Shown here piece after piece: positions 1 to 12,180 of a stretch of 64,000 bases of DNA. A program made the position numbers and the translations under genes. Every line of letters begins with the position of its first letter. The stretch's first letter is position 1. The DNA comes from Eledone cirrhosa. Taxonomy: Eukaryota. Below the pieces are notes generated by a model. The model was not told the DNA's origin. It saw only the letters and a program-made list of their open reading frames with translations, and did no database searches. Location of the stretch: the NCBI GenBank assembly GCA_964016885.1, contig OZ024742.1:258974001-259038000 (forward strand), read 5' to 3'.

Positions 1-287
1 GAATTAATAAATTAAATAATCAGAGCAATATACTATAAAGTATCTGCATAGAATCATTTGATAATATATATACACCATTTCCTCTCCCAATTAGCATAAT
101 TGACCACACACAAAATCAATTAGACTAGGCTATAAGATTAAAAGGCACATATGAAGAAATAGTAGATAAATAAACGACAGCAATCTCTTCGCGACCAACC
201 ACACTAGAATATTTATCGAGCATTTTAACAGCACGTGGAAATGGATTAAATATACCGTCAACCATACACAATTAGGTAATATATATA
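1..287 (-). mobile_element. Fragment of the 688-nt-unit HHR-bearing repeat family (see 33331-34236)
   Basis: Aligns by eye to 33990-34236 and continues into sequence matching up to about 33585; ends in (TA)n. Confidence 0.75.
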
Positions 288-307
288 TATATATACATAC
301 GTGCGTG

Positions 308-359
<52 letters not shown>

Positions 360-360
360 T

Positions 361-868
361 TTTGAGTTTATGTTGGTTGTATACCAACACCTCAGTATGC
401 AGGCTGGAGCACTCGACGAAGTGCGCAGGTTGGTTTGGTTACTCCGGAGTAGTGTAAAATAAAGTTAAATAAAAGTCAAATGATTAAAATTTAGCTTCGT
501 TTATTACTGCTATATATATTTCAGTGACAGCCATCTTTGGCTGTGACCTCTTCAGGCAGTTTGAATTAGTATGGTATAGACAAATACATATGTTGTTTAG
601 GTGTATGATATTGTCAATACTCTGATATGCCCAGTTCCTTTCTGGGTTGTTAATTCACTTCCAGTTCCCCAGTGAATTAACAACCCAGAAAGGAACTGGG
701 CATATCAGAGTATTGACAATATCATACACCTAAACAACATATGTATTTGTCTATACCATACTAATTCAAACTGCCTGAAGAGGTCACAGCCAAAGATGGC
801 TGTCACTGAAATATATATAGCAGTAATAAACGAAGCTAAATTTTAATCATTTGACTTCTATTTAACTT

Positions 869-875
<7 letters not shown>
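361..875. mobile_element. Fold-back PLE-type insertion: arms 455-659 / 671-875, tail 361-454
   Basis: Near-perfect 205-bp inverted repeat with an 11-nt loop, HHR and AATAAA in each arm, flanked by (TA)n/(GA)n. Confidence 0.85.
770..824 (+). ncRNA. Type I minimal hammerhead ribozyme (mirror copy 506-560 on -)
   Basis: ACTGC-CTGAAGA-GGTCACAGCC(AAAGAT)GGCTGTCACT-GAAA-TATATA-TA-GCAGT; intact core, paired stems I and II, palindromic stem III, AATAAA immediately after. Confidence 0.88.
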
Positions 876-914
<39 letters not shown>

Positions 915-1049
915 GTGTGTGTGTGTGTGTGTGTATATTGTGTCGCGTCCCGTTATCTTGAGTGTACCTGGAGCTGATCGATATCGAAACAATTATAATA
1001 TACCATTAAAATTTGTACATATGCTGCGACACTGACTTCGATTGTAATT

Positions 1050-1135
<86 letters not shown>

Positions 1136-1164
1136 AATATATATGTATATATATATATATATAT

Positions 1165-2131
1165 ACAGTATTTTCCGTAGTGTTGTAATATAAATATTAC
1201 ACACAGTAGATGGACAGCTCACGTAGAGTTTGCTCGACGGTTCCAGTTGTAGTTCCAAAAGTAATCCGGAGAAAAATAGAAGGATTTAAATGGATACAGT
1301 TTAGTTAAAAGGAATTTGTTGACACGTGTTTGAATAACAGTTACATAACCTGAAAACAGCTGCTACAAAGTATTAGTTATGCAGACATTCAATATTTCAA
1401 TGTTATTATCAACTGTCATTTCATCACAATAATTTTACTGAGAACCTGTTTGGTTTTTATAGAGAATATTAGGAGGGAGGGGTGAAGTTGTTAGAAGAAT
1501 AGTTGAGGGAGTGGTTTTTTGATAGCAGTGAGAATGTTTGGTGGCAGTGAGTAATTAGATTCCCATCTGTTGTGTGTGTGTGTATATATTGTGTCGGGTC
1601 CCATTATCTTGAGTGTACCTGGAGCTGATCGATATCGAAACAATTATAATATGCCATTAAAATTTGTACATATGCTGCGACACTGGACGAAAGGATACGT
1701 ACACTTGAAAGAAAAATTTAAGTCTGAATGTTAATTAAGTGCAAACACAAAACCAACCATGCATATATATACTATCTCTAATCCTTCTATAGATTTAGAA
1801 AAATAATCAATAATATATTCTATAAAAATGTCAAAACAACAGATGGGAATCTAATTACTCACTGCCACCAAAAATTCTCACTGCTATCAAAAAACCACTC
1901 CCTCAACTATTCTTCTAACAACTTCACCCCTCCCTCCTAATATTATCTATAAAAACCAAACAGGTCCTCAGTAAAATTATTCTGATGAAATAACAGTTGA
2001 CAATAACATTGAAATATTGAATGTCTGCATAACTAATACTTTGTAGATAGCAGCTGTTTTCAGGTTATGTAACTGTTATTCAAACACGTGTCAATAAATT
2101 CCTTTTAACTAAACTGTATCCATTTAAAACC

Positions 2132-2136
<5 letters not shown>
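1165..2136. mobile_element. Fold-back PLE-type insertion: arms 1277-1572 / 1837-2136, tail 1165-1276
   Basis: About 295-bp inverted repeat flanked by (TA)n; the arms carry an HHR-like motif. Confidence 0.8.
1974..2100 (+). ncRNA. Degenerate hammerhead with long stem II
   Basis: AATTATT-CTGATGA-AATAACAGTT...AACTGTTATT-CAAA-CACGTG-TC-AATAAATT; GAAA altered to CAAA, palindromic CACGTG, GUC site. Confidence 0.65.
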
Positions 2137-2166
<30 letters not shown>

Positions 2167-2207
2167 TATATATATTTATATATATATATACATATACATA
2201 TATATAC

Positions 2208-2256
<49 letters not shown>

Positions 2257-2807
2257 TATATATATAGATAGATAGATAGAGAGATAGATAACTAGAGAGA
2301 TAGATAAACAGATTGATTGAAAGATCATTACTGGTAGCATATAACTCATTACAGTCTGTTACATGATCGGGTCGTCAGCGTCTAAACCAGGAATTCACCA
2401 TGTTTTCTTGATGAGGGTGTCTTTTTGACACCACGCGGAATAAAAAACATAACCCATGAGAGTCAACGGCCGCTCAATATTGTATAAAAAAAAAACGCGA
2501 GACAGGTCTTATTAACTTTGGTTGTTAATCTTTCTTGCAGAAGGATCAATGATTTAAAAACCTGGGTAGATGGGGCTCTTTAGTCACTCAATTGAAAACC
2601 ATTCAAATGACTACTTCGATCCAGAATTATTTTAACATTAATCCCAGTACACACACATACGTCAGAGTTCCATTCCTGTTCTGTTTTTCAGTGGACAATC
2701 AAAACCCGGACCATATTCTGGTTTTACAGGTTCTAAATGCCTTTACATATAAAACTCAGCTTGTCTCTCAACTGCTGTTGATAGTCATTCTCAACTGAGC
2801 AATATGA

Positions 2808-2993
2808 AATAATTGTTTCTACTTTTGGCACAAAGCCGCCAATTACCCCAGTGCATTACTCTTACTTTATTTTATCGACCCCGTAAGGATGAAAGGCAAA
2901 GTTAACCTCGGCGGGATTTGATCTCAGAAAAGAAATAACCCTAGCTCTATGCTGCAAAGCATGGCGCCCGACCCTTTACCAATACTGCCAACA
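2808..2993 (-). mobile_element. tRNA-derived SINE, family 1
   Basis: Matches copies at 7729, 42260 and 49266; tRNA-like head and GCCTTTCATCCTTACGGGGTCGATAAA central domain on -. Confidence 0.85.
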
Positions 2994-4257
2994 CCACTTC
3001 TGAGAGTTCAGTTTAGGACTTTGTGATTGTGCACTGCCTCCCAGCAGCCGTAACTTGTGGAAGAAGCTTGGGGAAGAAGCCATTCAGTGGGAATCCAGAC
3101 GCTAATTACAAGGCGTACGTCTTCAGTATTCTGCTATGCAGTGTATTATTTTTTAACACTATAGGTGCCACAATTCTCTAAATAAAATTGATTAATATCT
3201 TCCATACCTTACCGTAATGATAATGTAAAGATTTCAGTAAAAACATTTTAAAAATACTAAAACAGGTGATAAATTTTAAGCAATTTAGGAAACCAAATCA
3301 GACACATAGTCGATGTAAATCATTATAATATCCTTTCTCGTAGCTCTCTTTGTTTAAATTTGCAAATATTCTGACAGGGCAAGTACGGATTCACATAAAA
3401 TACTGCAATTTAATTTGACTTCCAAATTTTAATTGAATTCAAAACTCTCATGAATATATATTTCTTATAATAATAATTCATATGCTTTTGTTTTAATGTA
3501 ATGTAACATGTTATTCATGGAAATCGTTCTGGAAATTGTCTATACAACTGGAAGTTTAAATGAAAATCTGCTAGGATACAATGATTGAACAATTGAATAT
3601 ACATGTGTAAGCTTTAATGCACAATCATTGTTAATTTAATATGTTTTAAGTGAGTAATTGTTTGACTACAATATTTACAAGTGGTGATTTAAATAAATGT
3701 ACGACAGAACACTAACAGTAGAAACATAGAAGTACTAAATAGCCTTAACGTATTTCGTATTAATTCTGCAATGTGTTGTTAGCTAGGTCTTTGTTATTTA
3801 TGTTATATAAGACATGAAACAAATTAAATGTGTCATTATAATTGCTTTAGAAATGAAAACCTAGAAAATATATGAGATTTTTTTAGAGCTTTTGAAATTT
3901 AGTTCGAGGATTTATTTTGTAATTTCTTTGAAGTATGTGTTTGGAAAATGTTGCTAATTTGGGCTCGTTTCCAGGAATTTGTAAAGGGCTGGGTAAATTA
4001 TATAGGTATCGTGCTTTGCAGCTTGAGTTTATGACCGCAAATATGTAGGGCCATTCATGTTCATTTCCCTTTGCTCAAATCAGCTGTCAGACAAAAATGA
4101 ATGCCAGGAGCAGCTAGGGTAAGGTTAAATATCGCGATGGACTGGCGTTATTTTCTATGTTTTTGTAACAGACCGGCAACGAACCCGGGTTAGGAATTCA
4201 GCTAACGAGTTCCGCATGTTGAAAAAAGTTTTAAATTTCTTAATTTATCTGGTACAT

Positions 4258-4372
4258 TTATTTATCAGTCCCCCAAAGTTAACTTTGATGGGATTTGAAC
4301 TCAGAACGAAAAGAAACGGAAACATATCACAATGCATTTATTTGACACTAACGATCCTGCCAACCCACACCT
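4258..4372 (-). mobile_element. SINE family 1, degraded partial copy
   Basis: GGGATTTGAACTCAGAACG B-box region and CTGCCAA head. Confidence 0.6.
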
Positions 4373-7300
4373 TAACAATATGAATTTAATAGTAATAATA
4401 AAAACAATAGTAATAAAGACATAAAAACTTGTATAGGTGAATAAAAAATGGAATAAACAGAAATTCTGACTTTGATATATAATGGAAATATCGTGTCTCT
4501 CAATATATCCATTGTTTGGTTGAATAACTATTGTCTGGCTAAGGATTCTTTGTCTATTTAAGTAGAGATTAATGTATTTTGATGCCTGGTGTATATGACA
4601 ATGATGAACAAGAGAATCAAACGTAATAGGTTGAGAGTTAGAACATGATAAAGAATATAGACTGATAAATTTGACCATGTTGAAAAATAACTATTCATAA
4701 ATGTGTGTGTGAGGCTGAGAATTGACAGAATCGGTAAATCATGAGAATAAATACCTTGTATTCGGAGCTCAAACCCTTCCTAGACCAACCTAACATTCCA
4801 TTTCGGCATTTCATGGTTGCTAGATACAGTAGCGGTTCAGTATTAGGGCTGATTCTTCTAATTTGAAGATATTGTAAGGGTTGTTTCTGTTTAGTTCTTA
4901 CATTCAAATGACTACTTTATCAAACATCTGATACATATGATGAGTAACTATATCATACAATGTACCTTCACTTTTGTAAGAAAGTAAGAGGGGATTTGAA
5001 AAAAACATTTACCGATTATCTTTTGCAGGTCTAGTGACAAAATAGGGGCTTTTTCATCGTTGTTCGTGTAAATCCGTAGATTTAATACTGGAATATATTC
5101 GAGATTTGAAGGAGAAAAATAGCATAATATTATAGAGAATCCCGTGGAAATGTCTCAATGACCACGTTGCACGTAGTAACATTCAACGTATATAATAAAT
5201 ATAAGCAATTTAACAGTTGTATGTGTGTGCATTTAGTGGTTAAAATAACACTTCCATGATGAAAGTCCTGTAGTTTCAACACACAGTCTCAGATTAAATT
5301 CACATGCCAAGCAAGTAGAACTCTGAAATTGCCAATACTGTTTCGTCATAAATGTTAATACTAATAGTCATTTTAAAACAAATGATTTCAGAGTAAGCAC
5401 ACCTGTCAAACTCTAAGGAACCAAACGAGGAGTACATTAAAAATAAATACCCCAAAACGGGGAGAAATGAGGCAAAATGGAAAGATTTTACATAATAAAA
5501 GCTATACCCATTTTCCCAAGAGAAGACATCTCCCTCCCACCCCGAAGTGGGTGGGACATCTCGCTGTCGGACGGAGAGAGTTGAGAGGTCTGGAGTAAGA
5601 GACTGCGTGTCTTGACGTATTTAGTTTTTGTCTCAGCTCCTTACATTTCCACTCCTACATTTGTTCATGACATTATAAAAAAGTGTCACTAATGTTTTTT
5701 CCAAATATCGCGAAAGTTAATATTTGAGAGACTAAGTATAAATACTGCGTGGAAAGATACAATTTAATCTGTCAAAGTTGACGCAGTAAATACCTCTAAT
5801 TTGTAAATTTAATGTTAAATTATATATAAAGTTATTCGTTGTCAGTCCATTGTCATTGACAGGAGAATGACATGTCATAATTTAGTATTTATTGTAGGCG
5901 TTTTCACGTGAGATATCTCAAAACTAACAATATAAATATTGGAACAGAGTTGATAAAATGCGTTGTGAATTTTGTTACGGCCATTTGTGTTATAAGTTAA
6001 AATCTCGCGGATGGTAACATTCATCTTTCTCTGGTTGTATCAGTGTACCGAGAATCGATGTCGATGCAAACGACCTTCCTCTCTGCCAGCAATTGCTAGA
6101 CTTCAGCTTGAATTCGAAACGTTTAAATCTGGGTGATAATGCCACTGGGGTATTCTGAAATCTCCAAAATTAACCAGCTAAAAGTAGGAAGCACGTTTCC
6201 CTCAAATCAGATTCTACAGTTAGCCGCTTCAGTTGATGTTCGACGATCGTCAATAAAACATGTATCCAGGTATTTCTTGGGGATTGATTTTAAACTCTTT
6301 AATGTCTTTCCCTGGTGGTTGTCAGAAGAAAATTTGCTATAAAACACAATCTTGAGAAGATAATGTTGCTCAATCTTGAAATATGTCCTGCTCTGCATTT
6401 CCCCGTCTTAATCTGTAGGACTAAATGTAAATAAACAAAAAAAAGTTGAACTACAGGTAGTAAGGTCGTTACTTGAAAGGCATGTTTATGCCAGTTCAAA
6501 TATATCATATCAGAGATTCTCGTAATTATGATTTAGTAGCTAATATATGCAAAGAGCAGTAGAAACAAATACAATTATTTTGTGGACATAACATTTGCAA
6601 CCTTAAACAATAAACTATTTAAAGAAGAATCTTTAACATCATATTTTAAGGGCAAAAACATAAATCGTTATGCTGTAAACGCAAAATGTTTAATAGACCT
6701 TTTACCAATAGCTACTAAATCAGTTGAGTATCGCCTCAGAAGATTTAATGTAAACGAAATACCACCAAAAGAAAAACAAATTGAAAGCTACTCGATGTCT
6801 ATAAAGAGGGAAATGACAAATTCAACAAGCACTGAGAATAGATGGTTTCTCAAAACGTTGAACGGAGAAAGAACAACATGTAATTAATAGTACGTGACTA
6901 GAAAATAAATTCTAAAGGAAACGTAAACTTTTCTTGTGCTGCAGGGATCTGATCACATTGCAAGAATATGGAAGATTCATTAGATATATCTATCCAAATG
7001 ATTAGCAAGTACCTTTGCACTTTTAGTTCGAAAAACAATTCCCAGACCTTTAGGCTAAAACATATAGAGAAGTAGCCTGTTAAGTACCAGATACGATAGA
7101 CACTAAATACTTTATCGCTTTTGTATGTAAAACCTGAATATAATAGAAAACGTGATGATGTACTGCGCTGCAGACAACTACTTCATTGTAACATCTAATG
7201 AAACGAGAAGATTGAAAAGATTTTGTTAACATTTAACGATTCTATTAGAAAGACGTCGAAAACATACAAAATTGAAGGACCAATGGAACACTGCTACTAT

Positions 7301-7417
7301 ATAAAGGGTGGTGTAGGTATTAAGATACTCACTGGGCAACCAAGGGATCCGACGGACGATCGCAATATGTAGCAATTTTGGCATCTGTTATTACCCTAAT
7401 CCCGTGTCGACCAAACA

Positions 7418-7665
<248 letters not shown>

Positions 7666-7728
7666 CGCACGCATGATTACGTACAGCTATGTGCGACAGA
7701 CGTTGTCAATGCTCCAGGTAAAAGTAAT

Positions 7729-7912
7729 TGTTTCTACGTTAGGCACAAGGCCAGCAATTACCCAGTGCATTACTGGTACTTTATTTTATCGACCCCGTAA
7801 GGATGAAAGGCAAAGTCAACCTCGGCGGGATTTGAACTCAGATCGTAAAGGGACGTAACTATGCTGGAAAGCATGGCGTCCGACCCTCTACTGATACTGC
7901 CAATTCACCGCC
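7729..7912 (-). mobile_element. SINE family 1, full length with TSD
   Basis: A-box TGGCAGTATCAG and B-box GAGTTCAAATCC on -; TSD CTCCAGGTAAAA(G/A)TAAT at 7712-7728 and 7913-7929. Confidence 0.9.
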
Positions 7913-8112
7913 CTCCAGGTAAAAATAATGTTCCCTGCGTATTTTATGCCCGATCTCTTCATTTAGTCTGTGCATTCTATACGAAGGCATTTCAAAGTTG
8001 AATTAAGGGTTGCCACACTGACACAACGAGATATTTGGCATTTATCTTTGAGCATTGATATAGTCGACATGTTGCTGTTATGCAACGAACGATCATAATT
8101 CCTTTAAAAATA

Positions 8113-8153
<41 letters not shown>

Positions 8154-8267
8154 TAGTTAAGCAAAACAAGGCCACAAATTTCATAAGGAAGACATTATTA
8201 AAAGATTGTCAACATATTTTAGTTTGATGTAAGGACGGTAGAGAATAATAATAATAATATTAATAAT

Positions 8268-8365
8268 AATTGTTTCTACTTAAGGCACAAGGCCAGCAAA
8301 TACCCAGTGCATTACTGGTACTTTATGTTATCGACCCCGTAAGGATGAAAGGCAAAGTCAACCTC
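8268..8365 (-). mobile_element. SINE family 1, 5'-truncated
   Basis: Matches the 3' half of 7729-7912. Confidence 0.8.
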
Positions 8366-8667
8366 ATATTATTATTAATAATATTAATAATAATAATGTC
8401 CGTTTACAATTGTTTCGCTACTCCATATAATATTTCTGGATCAGATGACTATATATCATTATTGATCTGGTTCAGTTGAAAATAATTAACATATTTAAAA
8501 ACAGAGCGGCTCATCGGAACTTCAAAGGAATATAAATTAAAATAAGGAGAGAATGTTACATAATGTAGTGTTCCATATATTGGTGTTTCACTATGGTGTC
8601 CTGGTTGTATGAGTTGTCAGCCATAATGAAGCTGTATTCATCTGTCGAGGCTGCATTGTGTGAGATC

Positions 8668-8708
<41 letters not shown>

Positions 8709-8711
8709 CGT

Positions 8712-8860
<149 letters not shown>

Positions 8861-8897
8861 TTATAGATATGTATATATACGTATACATACATATATA

Positions 8898-8938
<41 letters not shown>

Positions 8939-8956
8939 CGTATACATACATATATA

Positions 8957-9008
<52 letters not shown>

Positions 9009-9009
9009 G

Positions 9010-9193
9010 AAAATGAATGACCCCGACGGCAGAGCTGAAGCGGTTTCGACGGCTATGTCCAGAAATAGCCGTCGAAACGGCTTGAGCTCTGCCGTCGGGG
9101 TCATACATTTTCCTATTACCCACTCTACTCCACTAAGTATTGAGTACTCTGGTGCGTTATAGTCCATCTGGTTCCTTACCACAACTCCTTCGT
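9010..9193 (+). mobile_element. Short hairpin-plus-tail PLE-type insertion, family C
   Basis: About 48-bp fold-back containing the 3' half of an HHR (GAAA-CGGC..GCCG-TC-GGGGTC), 80-nt tail, in (TA)n; also at 15559 and 40837. Confidence 0.85.
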
Positions 9194-9255
9194 TATATAT
9201 ATACATACATATATACATATGTATATATATACACACACATATCAATCGACACATC

Positions 9256-9383
<128 letters not shown>

Positions 9384-10905
9384 CATTAAATGTATAAAAT
9401 TCTTCGTTTCACCATTATCACAGTTCTTCGCTAGTCTGTATCGTATGTTCTTGAGGAGATGAAAGAACATATTTCTTAACCCTAATTTCTTTTGGGGATT
9501 GCAATTGTTTGGCATGGTTTGGTACTGTTAATGGATGTATTACTCCTCATAGTGGTGGTGGTAGGCGTCGTCCTATACTTCGTTGTAATGTTGATGGTGG
9601 TTATGGTGATTGTCGACGTAGTGCTGTTGTTGCTAGTGGCAGTGGTGGTGCTAATGACAGTAGTGTCGGTAGTGATTGGGTTTGATGTTTCTTATGTCTT
9701 TTTATTGCTGATTGTGGTTATGGTGCAGTTGATGGTGACTATACTAATTGTGTTGTTGTCGGCGTTGGCGTTGGTACTGTTGGTGGTGCTCCCAGTGGTG
9801 ACATTGGTTATTGATGTAATGCGGGTGGTGAAGCCACTTATTGTGGTCTTGGAGAAAGTATTAGTATTGCTGTTGGTTCTTGCGTTTATGCAGTCTGGGT
9901 TGGTGATTACGGAGGTTGTGTTAGTGATTATGAAGATAGAGTTTATGGAGAGTGTGTTATTGGTGATGGCTGTTGTGGCGGTAACGTCATTCGTGGTAGC
10001 GTTGCTCTAGGTTTGTTGTGATTTTTAGTAGAAAAAAATAAAACTAGTCTATTAATATGTTTCGTGTGTACATTTATGGCCATATAAATATCTCTCTCGT
10101 GTTTGCTTTATTCGTGTACATTTATAGCTAAATAAATAGCTCACTGAATAAATAAATCTACATTGGATTCCAACTCAGATTTATTAAAAGAGAAACAACT
10201 TGCTCACCGAGAGTAAAATCGGAGAAAGAAAGGAAATCATAGAGAAAGAGAATGCAAGGTGTGGGTACTAAACAAAAATTGACAAACACTAAAGAAAGGA
10301 AATATAAAAATAACAAGAAAAAACACACACACACACAATGTAAAGATAAACAAAATAAACAAACAACAAATATTTGAAAGGAAGATAGAAAAGCAATTTA
10401 AAATTGAAATTCTATTCATTTCTTCGTGGTTTTTTTAATCTTCCATATTTCTTCTTTCTAGATTATTTATTTAACTCCCTTCTTCCATTATAGCTGGCTT
10501 GCTTTCATTCTCAACGTTTCTCATCCAGATTTTGAAGAGAATATCACCAATTTATATTCCCCAACGACACCAATATAGATACATTTAAATAATAACCTTT
10601 ATATCTCATTCATGCCCCTTCTCTTCTTATGCCCATTCCCTTCTTATAATTTGTTTTTTTGTATTCTTCTACAAGTTTTCACCTTGTTTATTCTTTAACG
10701 TATCTCTCCCTGTATTCATATTTCAGTTTGGGGATAATCTTTTCCTCTCGATCCGCTTCTCAATTGTCCATACAATTCTTCACAAATGTGTGCAGCACGT
10801 ACACACATAACTGCAGATATACACGGTGATAACTACATACATACACATAGAGGACACACAGAAATACACACACACATGTACTCACACATATTTATAAACA
10901 TATAT

Positions 10906-10945
<40 letters not shown>

Positions 10946-10959
10946 ATATATATATATAT

Positions 10960-11024
<65 letters not shown>

Positions 11025-11266
11025 AAAAAGGAAACAAATAAGACAACAAAACTGTGCAATGAAGAAATTTATTAGATTAACGGTGGATATAATGAGAAAG
11101 CAGTGTTTATGTTTCTGACACTAGTCCTTCATCAGAAAAAAAAAATGAGAAATAAAAGATGAAAGAGAAGGATAGAGAGTAAAAACAGGAAGCAAAGAAA
11201 AAATGTTTTATGAGAAAAAGCACATGTGTGTTCAGTCAGCCATATATATCTATGCAGAATTCCATG

Positions 11267-11318
<52 letters not shown>

Positions 11319-11319
11319 C

Positions 11320-11353
<34 letters not shown>

Positions 11354-11668
11354 ATAAGAGAGAGAGAGAGAGAGGGCCAGGATAAAGAGGGGGGGGGGGG
11401 AACCTACACTGTAGGGATTTTATCATTTAGAATACACAGCGACTCAATGTAGCCAGCAAATAATGTTTCCCTACACAAATTAACAACTCGCGTAAATGTA
11501 CGACATAAAGAGAACATAGAATATCCGCAAATAAATGAAGGCACATGTTGAGACGATTCTCTTCGTCAGTTGAATTTGAACTATAGAAATGATAAAGCCG
11601 TTGTTGATATGGTTAGAATTTGGCACATAGATAGACAATGTATTTATGGAGCAATGTATGTACATATA

Positions 11669-11761
<93 letters not shown>

Positions 11762-11763
<2 letters not shown>

Positions 11764-12068
11764 CAAAATATTAATGAAGACATAATCAAAATATGTTTTT
11801 ATTATATATAAGTACGTCCTCGTCAGATAAAATACATGACATATCTCAACGGTCTTGATGCTTCAATTCTAGTATTGGCAGTCTGAAAAAACAGCACAGT
11901 ACCTTCGAAATATATATAATAAAACATACATTTTGATTATGTGAATGTCTTCATTTATTAATATTTTGTATAATATTAATAACTCCGGAAAACTTCTTCG
12001 TAGAGTGCTTTTAATCTATTGTACAACTATATTCTTTGAGGAATCAATGAACCATATTAATCTTTGGT

Positions 12069-12070
<2 letters not shown>
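11762..12070. mobile_element. Degraded fold-back PLE-type insertion with split HHR
   Basis: Arms about 11762-11810 / 11911-11971; - strand TTTTAT-CTGACGA at 11820-11832; + strand GAAA-TATATA-TA-ATAAAA at 11907-11924; (TA)n flanks. Confidence 0.65.
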
Positions 12071-12128
<58 letters not shown>

Positions 12129-12180
12129 CATACATATACATATATATATACAAATACAAACGTTTATATATATATATATA

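Noticed and set aside
2404-2445. Weak hammerhead-like remnants here and near 965, 11112, 11545, 30150, 33140 and 41890
   Set aside because: Each lacks part of the core or stem I; plausible decay products but not supportable individually
6133-6887. Short ORFs in unique sequence
   Set aside because: No recognisable motif or splice structure; may be a decayed transposon but cannot be assigned
7820-7912. tRNA gene suggested by A and B boxes
   Set aside because: No cloverleaf; it is the head of a repeated SINE with TSDs
9492-10010. 172-aa Val/Leu-rich ORF resembling a membrane protein (similar tract at 23839-24400)
   Set aside because: Degenerate (GTT/GTG)n low-complexity sequence with no ATG start and no domain or splice support
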